64,000 bases of DNA, from the NCBI GenBank assembly GCA_965235115.1, contig OZ249440.1:33854001-33918000 (forward strand), in the 5' to 3' direction. The notes beneath the pieces were generated by a model that had not been told where the DNA came from, did no database searches, and worked only from the letters and a program-made list of their open reading frames with translations. Position numbers and translations under genes: made by a program. The DNA comes from Laetmonice hystrix. Lineage: Eukaryota. Below are positions 36,251 to 49,900 of this stretch, in pieces. Position 1 is the first letter of the stretch. Each line of letters starts with the position of its first letter.

Positions 36251-38958
36251 ATGGCATAAAGTAGGTCGTTCTCTAATCCGGACAATTCGACATCCGGACA
36301 AAATTAATGGGGCACCAGTATGTCCGGATTAGAGAGGTCTGTATACTCAGTAATTCTAATTAATGATTTTTAGCTATAACAAAAGGGGAAGTATGATTCC
36401 TGGTAGTCGATAAATGACTCGTGCATCGGCATTCACCTGCAAAATACAACAAATAGCTGATAGAAGGTCTTGGTTGAGTAGTTAGAGGTAATGTCTGAAG
36501 GCCAGTCAGCTATCATGGGGATTGGGAAGGGTGGAAGGTGTTGGCTGAGTGGTTAGGAGTAATGTCTGAAGGTCAGCCAGCCATATTATGGGGGTTGGGA
36601 ATTCTAGTCATCTTATCATCATTTATGATCATTGTCATTCCCCGTGGAGCCCGGGAAACAATAGGCCCCATGCGTTTCATCACCCTATGGGAATGAGTTT
36701 GGAGAAGGTGTTGGTTGTGTGGTTAGAGGTAATATCTGAGGGTCAGACAGCTACAGTATGGGGATTGGGATTGGGATGAGATGTTGGCTGAGTGTTTGCA
36801 GGGAATGTCCAAGGACCAATCATCCATGTCAGGAATTGGGAAGGGGGATATTGGCTGAGTTATTGAAGGTAATGTCTGAGGGTTAGTGAGCCATGTTATG
36901 AGGGTTGGGAATTTGAGCCATTTTACCGTGGGGCCCGGGGAACAATAGGCCCCAGCTGTTTCATTACCCTATGGGTGTGTGTGAGGGTGGGGGAGGTGTT
37001 GGTTGATTGGTTAGGGCAGGCCTCCCAGCGAACCTATAAAAACTTATTTTGAGATTTTGGCCCTATAAATTTCAGAAATAGTTCATAAAACCTATAATAA
37101 CCTATATTTTCACAAAAATAATATTATTATCGACTTGCCAGAATATTAAGGTTAACAACATGTAATGTTATCAAATTGGTCATCAATTTATAAATCTACT
37201 TGCTGACTTATCAGTATCAGTTTCAGAAGCTGTTCTGTATCACATTACCTTCAGAGGCCTTCCATTAATGACAGCCAAAAGACCTTGTGAGTATATTATA
37301 TATTACTTTTTATCTAGACATGGTAGGGATTCCCAATGAAGAATATCGGAGGGATTGTAATGCATTGTTCAGTAGAAGGAAGGATGCTATGTTGTTCTGG
37401 CAGTGGATGTTATATGTCATTTGAAGAAAATGCATACTAACCATGCAAACACTGTACATTCAAGATTGATATGAACAATCTAGTTGCATGCATTCATCCT
37501 CTTCTGAGACTATGCATAGTCATCGCTCCTTTGAATCATCAGTGATATTTGATGATTCAGAAAGTTGTAGCATTGTTATTCCATATTAACACATGTAGGA
37601 AATCTGTGCTGCTTTTTAAAGAATTTGTGCAAACTTTTCCCACTTCTGCACACTTATTTATTGACATTTGGGCATAATTTCTTAATATTCTGGTAAACGT
37701 AAGGTTTCAACACTTCGTGCATAAAATGACATGTCAAGCATGCAATTATACGTGCAATATTACCATATATTCTCTATGTGATACTGTTTTATTTCATTGT
37801 CATGAATATTTAACAAACTGGCCGAAATGTGCAAAAATAATTTTAAACTTGTAATACTTACTATTAATGTTATTATTATACGTCATTTCCAGATTGATTA
37901 GCCAATCTATTATGTATGGAAAAGGGCATTATAGTTTGCTTTATAATTTGATAACATATGTTGTCACATATATGACTCTATTAATGTGATTTCTGTTTTT
38001 TATTAAATAATTGCAAATAAAAATTATACTTTCAGATAGTGGCTGTCAAGAATGGAAGATGAATTTGTGATACAGAACAGCTTCAGGAATCAGCAGAGTG
38101 GACTTATAATCACCACAGTTAAGAAAAAGCATACAATAAGCCCAAACAGTAAATATTCACCATTTATGTGGAAGGCGGTAAGTGAACTTTCATATATTTG
38201 ATTTTCACTGAACTCATAACGAAATACAAATTGCCTGCTAAATTTGCTTTATTGAGGAGACATATTAAAAGTTAGAAGTATATAGAACGAGCCACCTCGC
38301 CCCCATTTATTGCAATCTCCAATTTTTATATAGATATGAACATATGTATTATCAGTGCAGGTTACAAGTAGCCTTGAATCTAACAAGAAATTGCAGGTGG
38401 CGATTGGGTTGGAGGTGGGTTTCAAATACCGATCCTTCTACCGCGAAGCTTGTAGAGAAGTGAGGTTGAAATTATTAGCGTCACGCCATGTTGCCACCAG
38501 GTGGATTTATAGGTAATCAAAGGCGCTGCTTGTAATGTGGATCATACTGAAACTATTCCATGTTCAGTTAATCAATTCATATTAACGTCTCCTCTGGTTT
38601 GATAATATTTTATTTGATTATCACTGAACTCATAACGAAATACAGATTGCCTGTTAAATTTCCTTTATTGAGGAGACATATTGAAAGTTGAAAGTATAGA
38701 GAACAAGCCTTGCCACATTAAATTGTAGATTGATAACTGTCTTTAACTAGAAGTGTTCTACAAGTTAACTTGCCCCGTTAGGCGCCAGGACACGTCAGTG
38801 GCACTGATATATGGTGTCAAAGTCGGCACGTACAGGCTTATACTTCCATATAACACCTGAGATTGTCCTATTGGGCTCATAAATTACAGTACTCTTGTAT
38901 CACGGGAGACTGTAAAGGCATAAGCTATACACTATAGGCTAATCATTATATGTCTGCC

Positions 38959-39215
38959 ATGAAAGTACTGATAGTTATGGTTTCTAGGGGTAGGGGCTTC
39001 AGGGGCAGATTGATATTGACCAAGGAAACAGTTCACGTCTGTGATAACCCTGGAGCCGGACTGGCTAAGATTTTTAATACAGCATCACAGCTTCTGTCCC
39101 TATGATACTGTCTGCATCAATGCTGGTATGTGTGACATTACACAGCATGATAGAGTATCTTGAACAGTAACCTTATTACAAGGAACGCCGGATCAGTATA
39201 CGGAGAAGCTCTGAA
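38959..39215 (+). pseudogene. Second copy of the SGNH hydrolase relic
   Basis: MKVLIVMVSRGRG…PGAG…/INAGMCDIT…LLQGTPDQYTEKL*, with the same frameshift as copy A. Confidence 0.55.
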
Positions 39216-42200
39216 GTCTCGAAGTAGTGCGCTTTAGTGGGAGAGGGTGGAAGACCAGTCATTGACTGAACCCCAATCCCCAAATAAAAATTGTTGAAAA
39301 AAAACAAACAAAAAAACAAACAAAAAACAGGAAAACATGGATGTTGACATGACATTAAGTAAAGACGTGTGGAGATTCTGTATGTACAACATAACAATTA
39401 GTTAATTAATCAATGACTTGAAACAGAAAATGAAACAAATAATTACCGCGAAATATTATGAACGTGACATGTGCCCCCCTCCTTTGAAAAAAATGTTTCG
39501 GTCCATCAACACTATAATACAAAAAAGAATTTTGTCATGGTTATAATTCGTATTCGTCGAGGGTGGAACATAAACTACAGTAATTTACAATACATGTACT
39601 ACAAAATAATCACAGGTCTTAAGATTTCTATCAATCGACCTTTATACTTTAATATACTTTGATGATCGGTCGCAACACATATACAGAGTAATAAGTAGGG
39701 TACATTATGAGGGTATCAAATATATACTGCATCAAATGTAATCCCAAACAGGTACTAGTCTAATTCAAGTAGTCTGGCTTTGACATGATAAATAACACTT
39801 CTTTAAATGTCATTGGTGAAAAAATATAAGTAACGGTACCGATATTGGTTGCCATAAAATTTGAACATTTACCGAGCAACACTGATTTAATGGTTTGCTG
39901 ATTGGTCTGGTGGATGCACAAAATGTACCAAGTCATCATAGCATACATGAACAGTGGAGTCGTTGAAATAAACGTTACAAGGTCAGGCCCGTAGCCAGGG
40001 GAGTGCAAAGGGTGCGTACGCACCCCCCCCCCCCACAGCCGAAGCTCCCCCTAACTTCAAAAGGTTGCAAGCACTCGCTGGAGTACCCTGCACCCCTCCT
40101 GCCCAACAGTCCAAGATCTTCCTAACTTCAGTTATTTTGTGCTCCAAATTGCACCGGATATCACCAAAATACACCTTAAATTCCAAAATTTTCTGGGGGG
40201 CCATGACCGTGGACCCGCCTAACAAGGCTTCACACTCTCAGCACTAAACGTTTGCCGACTTCGCACCTTTGGCCTGCGGGGCTTGTGTGCTTCGCGCCTA
40301 TATAGGCTAGCTATGGGCGCTGGGAGACTGTAGGGGTAGGGGGGTTGGGGGGGGTCCCTGCATTCCTGTTCCTAAATATTGACAGCCAGGGCCGTAGCTA
40401 GCGGAGGAGGGGGCAGTTTTCCCCTGTAACACCCCCCCCCCCCCAGAAGATTGCCATATTAGGCCTAATTTGACTGCAAACTGGCTGGGATCGTCGGTGG
40501 TATCGTCAAAAGTGGCCAAGCAGGCTTTTCATTTCTATCAGAAAAGTGATCTAGAGGTGCCGGGAAATAGCGGGTTTCTTTTGCCTTCCATATTAATTTT
40601 TTCCCCCAAGGGAGGGCCCCCAGACCCCAAGCCGCAGGAACGGCTCACTCTGTCAGCGCTGGCTAAATTTTACCTTATAGCTTTATCTCTGCAGCCCCGT
40701 TCGCAAATGCCTGGATTAGCCCCCCCCCCCCATATCTTGTCCATTACATTTGTATAGTATCCCCATGCAGGGAGGGATCCAGGTTGGCGCCAAATGGGAG
40801 GGGGGGGGGGGGGTTATGAGTGCCAAGAAGGAGTGTATGCTTGGTTTAAACCTTTCAAGCAGAAAAAAAAGAAAAAATACGTCATGGGGGGGGGGGGGCG
40901 CTTGCAACCCCTTCACCACCCACTGGAATGGTCACTGATTCTCATGTGAAATCTCTCGTGAAATCCCTAAAACGTTCAGGGAATTCGTGAAATCACCGTT
41001 TCACTTACTGATTTCATGAAATCCCTAAAATCTCTAGGGATTTCGCGTAATTACTGAAATGACACCCCAGTAATTTCACGAAATCCCTAAAAGCGATTTA
41101 TTTGTATAAAGCATTGATAGCTAGGGTCACTGGTTGGTCGGCTGGAATAAAATTCGCCGCCTGCCTCACCGGAAACGCCACCGTCTCGACCCGACATGTT
41201 GGGTTGGAAGGGGGGACTTGGAAACTCGGGCAGAACTTTTTTTATTATTATCTTTGGCTATTTTTCATGATTACATGATACATTATTGTATCAATAGGAC
41301 GTTTGTTTACAATAAATATCTTGATTTTGCACCGGGGGAGGTCTTTTCATGTCGGCCGGCCGGGAGCTACACAGGGCTTGATTCATAATTGTTTTAAGCA
41401 AATATAGTTTGTCCTTGAATTCCGTTTCAATGCTAGCATGTGCCATTCTTCCTGATATGCAAGAAGGAATTGATACAGCGCCTATGTTGTCAAGTGCACA
41501 TGGTAGTGAATTACAGACAGACTGAAAGTTTCCGAGTTACATAATCTAACTGGAGGTGTGTCGTGTAAAGTTTAAACAAGGTATCGGGTCGTCAGCATAA
41601 GCTGATGTGTGCTGAGGTATACAGGTGCACCTCCTTTTTACCATCACACCGGACTAGTTGGTTCCAGTGTGTTGATTTAGCGTATTTTACTTGTAACAGT
41701 ATCCATAGTAAGTGTCTGATAATGTGAAAATATCTAATGTGTACCACAACGTCAGATTAACAGGCTCCAAACTAAAGTGACTTGTTACGAATATTTTGAC
41801 ACTGTTTTTGACACTGGTACTGAATGACAAATATTTAAAAATTTACTACTTCACCTTCACCTAAAAAATGAATGTCGCAGGACACAATAGCAGAAATATC
41901 AAAATGACAACATGTCACACCGTGAAAATTACTGTTTTCTCCTAAGTTAAACTCCCGAATATTTCATTCTTTTGTGTAAAAGGGACATTACCATTTATAT
42001 TTATGGAAAACATCAAAGTTCATAGAGTTTTAAGAAATGAAAAGTACCATGAAAAACAGATAAAATTCATGAATGGGTGAGAGGGTGGGTAATGATGGCC
42101 GTGTCGGGGCATGAGGCCGGGCCTGATGTCTTCAACTTGTTGGTAGACAATCCCGCTGGTGGACCCAGACGTGAAATAACGGGAGAGTGTTGCTTGCCAA

Positions 42201-42719
42201 TAAGGTCTACCGTTGTAGTAACGGAATGGAATAACTCCAGTCCAGACTCGGCACCTTAAAATGCTACCTCAGTGCCAAAATGTATAAAATTGTATGTCTC
42301 CTTTATGTGTACGTCCCACATTTGTGCCCTGACATTGTGTTAGTTGCCCATAAACCCAGCAAAATCCAGGTAGGCCATGAAATCTAACTATATAGCAAGT
42401 TCAGATGCTTATCACAAGAATCTTTATTATATTATGTATTATATATTATGTATTATTATATATTATGTTAATTAAGTTATGAAAAAGCGCGTTCACCTCC
42501 TACAGAGTTCATTTAAAAAAAATTGAACTTCATCTGCCTCGAACCCGGCTAGAGTTTTGACATTGTCACGAATGTCTAACAGCGCTCTTATGCTCTGGGC
42601 TTAAGCACGTGTCTCTGGGTCGATTGTTTGGTGGCCTGAGTGGCTGCCGGAGGTCACACACCTCACCCGGTTACGCCCCAGTAGGCCACATGTGGACGTG
42701 CGCGCTCTAAGACCAATGA

Positions 42720-43393
42720 ACCGTATATGTTGGTTTTCAGAGTTCATAAAAGTTCATAATAGAAGTCTTGTTACCACTGCGGGTAGTTTTCGCTCGCGTA
42801 GTAAATTGAAAAGTTTGCCGAAGAGGACACGGTCGAATGGTTTTGACGCGTGGAGCATAGATCTACGTGTTTCTGCTTCTGTAGTCACTACATACTTTTT
42901 TCAGTACAGATGTGCATATATGTTGGTAGAATGCTCGGCCTCAAAGGCGTAAGGCAGTTCGCTTGTGGCCAAGTATGAGTTGTACATGCCAATTATAATA
43001 ATATCAAGGCAGAGCACAGGGCAATACCTCTGTAGTTTTCACTGGAGCACATGTTGCCCCTTCAGTCCTTAGGAATACTTATCAGCACCGATTGAAGTAG
43101 GTCCGTCGGAGTGTGTCCGTGTATAAGCATGGAGTTTATTAGGGTAGATACACGTATTTGAAATCTGTCACTGCAGTAGATGAAGTGATCAGAATCAGCT
43201 CCACGGATTCCATCGGATTTACCGTGGCGAAGACGTGACAAGGAGTTCTTTATATCCTGAACAGTTACATAGCTTACATCACAGTGAGGTTCCTTGCGTA
43301 AATCATCGTTTATTCCTCTTCTCGGTTCATTTATTTCTTGTTTGGCTGTCGGCACACTCTGATACAGTGAGCTGTACTTTTGAGCAAAACCAT
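42720..43393 (-). pseudogene. Second copy of the decayed LINE RT fragment
   Basis: ORF 43062..43355 (…LRHGKSDGIRGADSDHFIY…LLQSVLISIPKD) and downstream ASKPFDRV. Confidence 0.85.
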
Positions 43394-44470
43394 AATGCTT
43401 CGGAATTCACCTGGAAAATACAACAAATAACTGATAGGTTTTAGCCATAGAGATACAAGTTAATCACTGTGAAATACTTCAAATTGTCGTGAAGTCAATC
43501 ATAGGTAAATATCAAATAATTTACGTTTTGGGAAATGGGGGTGTTGGCTGAGTTCATCGGGAAATGTCTGAGGTGTTGGCTGAGTGCTTGAGGGTAACGT
43601 CTAAGGACCAGTCAACCATGTCATGGGGATGGGAAAGGGGCTGTTGGCTGAGTGGTTGGAGGTAATGTCAGAGAGCCAGCCAGCCATATCATGGGGACTG
43701 GGAAGGGGATGTTGGGTGACTGGCTGGGGGTAATGTCAGGGGGGCAGTCAGCCATGTGATGGGGGATATGAAGAGTGGAGGTGTACTGAGTGTTTGGAGG
43801 GAAGCCATATCATGGGGACTGGGAAGGGGGAAGGTATTGGTTGAGTAGTTAGAGGTAATGTCTGAGGGCCAGACAGCCATATTATGGGGATTGGGAAGGG
43901 GATAAGGTGTTGGCTGAGTGTTTGCAGGGAATTTCTCAGGACCGATCAGCCATGTCGGGAATTGGGAAGGGGGATATTGGCTGAGTGGTTCGAGGTAATG
44001 TCAGAGAGCCAGTCAGTCTTATCATGGGGATTGGGAAGGGTGGAAGGTGTTGGCTGATGGGGTAATGTTTAGGGGTAATGTTTGAAGGTCAGCCAGCCAT
44101 ATTATGGGGTTTGGAAATTCGAGTCATCTTATCATCATTTATGATCATTGTCCTCCCCCGTGGGGCCTGGGAAACTATAGGCCACATCCGTTTTATCACC
44201 GTATGGGAGTGAGTGTGTAGCTTGGTTCCCGCCTCCCGTGTAGGTGGCGCTAGGCGCGCACGGTAGGCTAGGTACAAAGGTTGACGTCATCGCTCGTCCG
44301 GAAGTAAAAAAAAGCACGTGAAATGGTGGAGTCGATCTGGCGGTACCGATCTATCTGTTGGAATCACGCCAAAAATGGCAAGTTTTTGTTGGAGTGGTCG
44401 GCCTATATGGCCCGTAATAATTTGATTTTACATCTCATATCACCTATGGCTATATTATAGCTCCCGTCAT

Positions 44471-46920
44471 AAAGAAGACCAAGAAGAAGACAAAGAGAGC
44501 AAGAAGACCAAGAGCAAGAAGACCAAGACCAAGAGCAAGACCAAGAGCAAGACCAAGACCAAGACCAAGAGCAAGACCAAGACGAATACCAAGACCAAGA
44601 AGAAGACGAAGAAGAAGACCAAGACGAAGAAGAAGACCAAGAAGAAGACCAAGAAGAAGACCAAGACCAGGAGCAAGACCAAGAGCAAGACCAAGTGCAA
44701 GACCAAGACCAAGACCAAGAGCAAGACCAAGAGCAAGACCAAGAGCAAGACCAAGAGCAAGACCAAGAAGAAGACCAAGAAGAAGACCAAGAAGAAGACC
44801 AAGACCAGGAGCAAAACCAAGAGCAAGACCAAGACCAAGACCAAGAGCAAGACCAAGAGCAAGACCGAGAGCAAGACCGAGAGCAAGACCGAGAGCAAGA
44901 CCGAGAGCAAGACCAAGAGCAAGACCAAGACCAAGAAGAAGACCAAGAAGAAGACCAAGACCAGGAGCAAGACCAAGAGCAAGACCAAGAGCAAGACCAA
45001 GAGCAAGACCAAGAAGAAGACCAGGAGCAAGACCAAGAGCAGGAGCAAGACCAAGAGCAAGACCAGGACCAAGACCAGGACCAAAACCAAGACCAAGACC
45101 AAGACCAAGACCAAGAAGAAGACCAGGAGCAAGACCAAGAGCATGAGCAAGACCAAGACCAAGACCAAGAGCAAGACCAGGAGCAAGACCAGGAGCAAGA
45201 CCAAGGCCAAGAGCAAGAGCAAGAGCAACACCAAGACCAAGACCAAGAAGAAGACCAAGAGCAAGACCAAGAGTAAGACCAAGACCAGGAGCAAGACCAA
45301 GAACAACACCAAGAGCAAGACCAGGACCAAGACCAAGACAAAGAGCATGACTAAGAACAAGACCAAGATCAAGGCCAAGACCAAGAAGAAGACCAAGAAG
45401 AAGACCAGGAGCAAGACCAAGAGCAGGAGCAAGAGTAAGACCAAGAGCAAGACCAAGACCAAGAGCAAGACCAGGAGCAAGACCAAGACCAAGACCAAGA
45501 GCAAGACCAAGACCAAGACCAAGAAGAAGACCAAGAAGAAGACCAAGAAGAAGACCAAGAAGAAGACCAAGAGCAAGACCAAGAGCAAGACCAAGACCAA
45601 CAGCAAGACCAAGAGCAAGACCAAGAGCAAGAGCAAGAAGAAGACCAAGACCAAGAAGAAGACCAAGAAGAAGACCAAGAAGAAGACCAAGAGCAAGACC
45701 AAGAGCAAGACCAAGACCAAGAGCAAGACCAAGACCAAGACCAAGAAGAAGACCAGGAGCAAGACCAAGAGCAGGAGCAAGACCGAGAGCAAGACGAGGA
45801 GCAAGACCAGGACCAAAACCAAGACCAAGACCAAGACCAAGACCAAGACCAAGAAGAAGACCAGGAGCAAGACCAAGAGCATGAGCAAGAGCAAGACCAG
45901 GACCAGGAGCAAGACCAAGAACAAGACCAAGAGCAAGACCAAGAGCAAGACCAAGAGCAAGACCAAGAGCAAGATCAGGGGCAAGACCAAGAACAAGAAC
46001 AAGAGCAAGACCAAGAACAAGACCAAGAACAAGACCAAGAACAAGACCAAAAAGAAGTCAAGAAGACGACCAGGAGCAAGACCAAGAGCAAGACCAAGAG
46101 CAAGACCAAGAGCAAGACCAAGAGCAAGACCAAGACCAGGAGCAATACCAAGAACAAGACCAAGAGCAAGACCAAGAGCAAGACCAAGAGGAAGAGCAAG
46201 ACCAGGGGCAAGACCAAGAGCAAGACCAAGACCAAGAGGAAGACCAACAAGAACAAGACCAAGAGCAAGAAGAAGACCAAGAAGAAGTGAAGAAGAAGAC
46301 CAAGAGCAAGACCAAGGGCAAGACCAAGAGCAAGACCAAGACGAATACCAAGACCAGGAGCAAGACCAAGAGCAAGACCAAGAGCAAGACCAAGAGCAAG
46401 ACCAAGAGCAAGACCAAGACCAAGAGCAAGACCAAGACCAAGACCAAGACCAAGAGCAAGACCGAGAGCAAGACCGAGACCAAGACCGAGAGCAAGACCG
46501 AGAGCAAGACCGAGACCAAGACCAAGAGCAAGACCAAGAGCAAGACCAAGAGCAAGACCAAGACCAAGAGCAAGACCAAGAGCAAGACCAAGAGCAAGAC
46601 CAAGAGCAAGACCAAGACCGAGACCAAGACCGAGAGCAAGACCGAGAGCAAGACCGAGAGCAAGACCGAGAGCAAGACCGAGACCAAGAGCGAGACCAAG
46701 AGCAAGACCAAGGGCAAGACCAAGACCAAGACCAAGAAGAAGACCATCAAGAAGAAGAACAAGACCAAGAGCAAGACCAAGAGCAAGACCAAGAGCAAGA
46801 CCAAGAGCAAGACCAAGAACAAGAAGAAGACCAAGAAGAAGACCAGGAGCAAGACCAAGAGCAAGAGCAAGACCAAGAGCAAGACCAAGAGCAAGACCAG
46901 GAGCAAGAGCAAGACCAAGA
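44471..46920 (+). repeat. Degenerate hexamer satellite (CAAGAC/CAAGAG/GAAGAC/CAAGAA)
   Basis: Read directly. Almost no T on the + strand. Confidence 0.97.
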
Positions 46921-49900
46921 GGCAAGAGCCAAGAGGCAAGAGCCAAGAGGCAAGAGCCAAGAGGCAAGAGCCAAGAGGCAAGAGCCAAGAGGCAAGAGCC
47001 AAGAGGCAAGACCCAAGAGGCAAGAGCCAAGAGCCAAGACCCAAGAGGCAAGAGCCAAGAGCCAAGAGCCAAGAGCCAAGAGCCAAGAGGCAAGAGCCAA
47101 GATCCAAGAGCCAAGAGCCAAGAGGCAAGAGGCAAGAGCCAAGAGGCAGACAAAAACTGGTACATGAGTATAACAATAAAGATACAAACCAAGGCTGTCG
47201 AAGTGACTTGGGTTTAAACGTGATATGGCTGAAGAAACTGGTGAATGAGTATAACAATAAGGCACACAAACCAAGGATGTCAACATGCTCAGGTTTAAAC
47301 ACGAAATCGCTGACAAAAACTGGTACATCAGATAAAAAGGAACAGTACAAGGATGGCGACAAGCTCAGTTTTAAACCCAAAATTGCTGACAAAAACTGGT
47401 ACATCAGTAACAATAAAGACACAAGCCAAGACTGTCGAAATGACTTGGGTTTAAACATGATAAGGCAAAAAAAAACTGGTGAATGAGTATAACAATAAAG
47501 GGACACAAACCAAGGGTGCCAACATGCTCAGGTTTAAACACGAAATCACAGACAAAACTGGTACATCAGATAAAAAGACACAGTTCAAGGATGGCGACAA
47601 GCTCAGTTTTAAACCCAAAATTGCTGACAAAAACTGGTACATCAGTAACAATAAAGACACAAGCCAAGGCTGTCGAAATGACTTGGGTTTAACCATGATA
47701 TGGCTGAAAAAACTGGTGAATGAGTATAACAATAAGGGACACAAACCAAGGGTGCCAACATGCTCAGGTTTAAACATGAATTCACGGACAAACTGGTACA
47801 TCAAAACAATAACCAAGGATGTCAACATGCTCAGGTTTAAACACGAAATCGCTGACAAAAACGGGTACATGAGTATAACAGTTAAGACACAAACCAAGAC
47901 GGTCGAAGTGACTTGGGTTTAAACATGATAAGGCAAACAAAAACTGGTGAATGAGTATAACAATAAAGGGACACCGACCAAGGGTGCCAACATGCTCAGG
48001 TTTAAACACGAAATCACAGACAAAACTGGTACATCAGATAAAAAGACACAGTTCAAGGATGGCCACAAGCTCAGTTTTAAACCCAAAATTGCTGACAAAA
48101 ACTGGTACATCAGTAACAATAAAGACACAAGCCAAGGCTGTCGAAATGACTTGGGTCTAAACATGATATGGCTGAAAAAACTGGTGAATGAGTATAACAA
48201 TAAGGGACACAAACCAAGGGTGCCAACATGCTCAGGTTTAAACATGAATTCACGGACAAACTGGTACATCAAAACAGTAACCAAGGATGTCAACATGCTC
48301 AGGTTTAAACACGAAATCGCTGACAAAAACGGGTACATCAGAATAGGAATAAAGACACAAACCAAGGCTGTCGAAGTGACTTGGGTTTAAACATGATATG
48401 GCTGAAAAAACTGGTGAATGAGTATAACAATAAGGGACACAAACCAAGGGTGCCAACATGCTCAGGTTTTAAACATGAAGTCACGGACAACACTGGTACA
48501 TAAATATAATAACCAAGGATGTCAACATGTTCAGGTTAAACACGAAATTGCTGAGAAAAACTGGTACATCAGTATAACAAAAAGACAAACCAAGGTTGTC
48601 GAAGTGACTTGGGTTTAAACATGATACGGCTGACAAAACTGGTGAACACAAAGAAAGACCAAGGATGTCCACTTAAAAACTGCATCACTAAACTGGTGAG
48701 GATGGGATGGCTATTGGGAGGAGGCGGCCATAATAACAAAACTGATCATGACATTTATATAGGTACAGCCAGTTGCTACAGAATGAATATCAAAACGACC
48801 TCACGATCAAAACAATATCAAAACTAAACTGGTGAAGATTGTGAAGCCTATGCCTACATTTTCGAGTTGGTGTACACATTGTGAATGGGTCAGCTAGCTA
48901 TGTGGAAAGGAGGCCATAGAAGCTGACTTCTGGGTGACTTTTGAGGAGAAAAGGCGAAATCCTGTGTCTTCTTGTCTGAATTTCAGAAGACATTCAGGTT
49001 AAAATAATAAAGGGACTGGTGCATCAGCCAAATCACACACGGAGAAGGCAGGTTGTTGGTTGGCCTTCACGCACTGCAGCGAGGCTGGGGCTGCAGATTA
49101 GGACTTTAATTGAAAACGATGTGAATGTGATCAAGAGGCAAGAGCCAAGAGGCAAGAGGCAAGAGCCAAGAGCCAAGAGGCAAGAGCCAAGAGGCAAGAG
49201 CCAAGAGGCAAGAGCCAAAAGGCAAGAGCCAAGAGGCAAGAGCCAAGAGGCAAGAGCCAAGAGGCAAGAGCCAAGAGGCAAGAGCCAAGAGGCAAGAGCC
49301 AGGAGCCAAGAGCCAAGAGGCAAGAGCCAAGAGCCAAGAGGCAAGAGCCAAGAGGCTAGAGCCAAGAGCCAAGAGTCAGACAAAAACTGGTACATGAGTA
49401 AAAGAGGCAAGAGCCAAGAGGCAAAAGCCAAGAGCCAAGAGGCAAGAGCCAAGAGGCAAGAGCCAAGAGGCAAGAGCCAAGAGGCAAGAGGCAAGAGCCA
49501 AGAGGCAAGAGCCAAGAGCCAAGAGCCAAGAGGCAAGAGCCAAGAGGCAAGAGGCAAGAGCCAAGAGGCAAGAGCCAAGAGGCTGGAGCCAAGAGCCAAG
49601 AGTCAGACAAAAACTGGTACATGAGTATAACAATAAAGATACAAACCAAGGCTGTCGAAGTGACTTGGGTTTAAACATGATACGGCTGACAAAACTGGTG
49701 AACACAAAGAAAGACCAAGGATGTCCACTTAAAAACTGCATCACTAAACTGGTGAGGATGGGATGGCTATTGGGAGGAGGCGGCCATAATAACAAAACTG
49801 ATCATGACATTTATATAGGTACAGCCAGTTGCTACAGAATGAATATCAAAACGACCTCACGATCAAAACAATATCAAAACTAAACTGGTGAAGATTGTGA

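Larger units (their letters stand above)
34277..36341. mobile_element. Non-autonomous Tc1/mariner-pogo (Tigger-like) element
   Basis: TIR CAGACCTCTCTAATCCGGA/TCCGGATTAGAGAGGTCTG, TA duplication relative to the empty site TAGAGGTATACTCAG, subterminal ATCCGGA repeats, and acidic relic EVDSDEETEVDEEPADTPPTIREARQ resembling a pogo transposase C-terminus. Confidence 0.82.
36575..43393. repeat. Segmental duplication, copy B
   Basis: Co-linear with 17341-29092. Lacks the 4.9 kb segment and has extra ~39188-39490. Confidence 0.93.
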
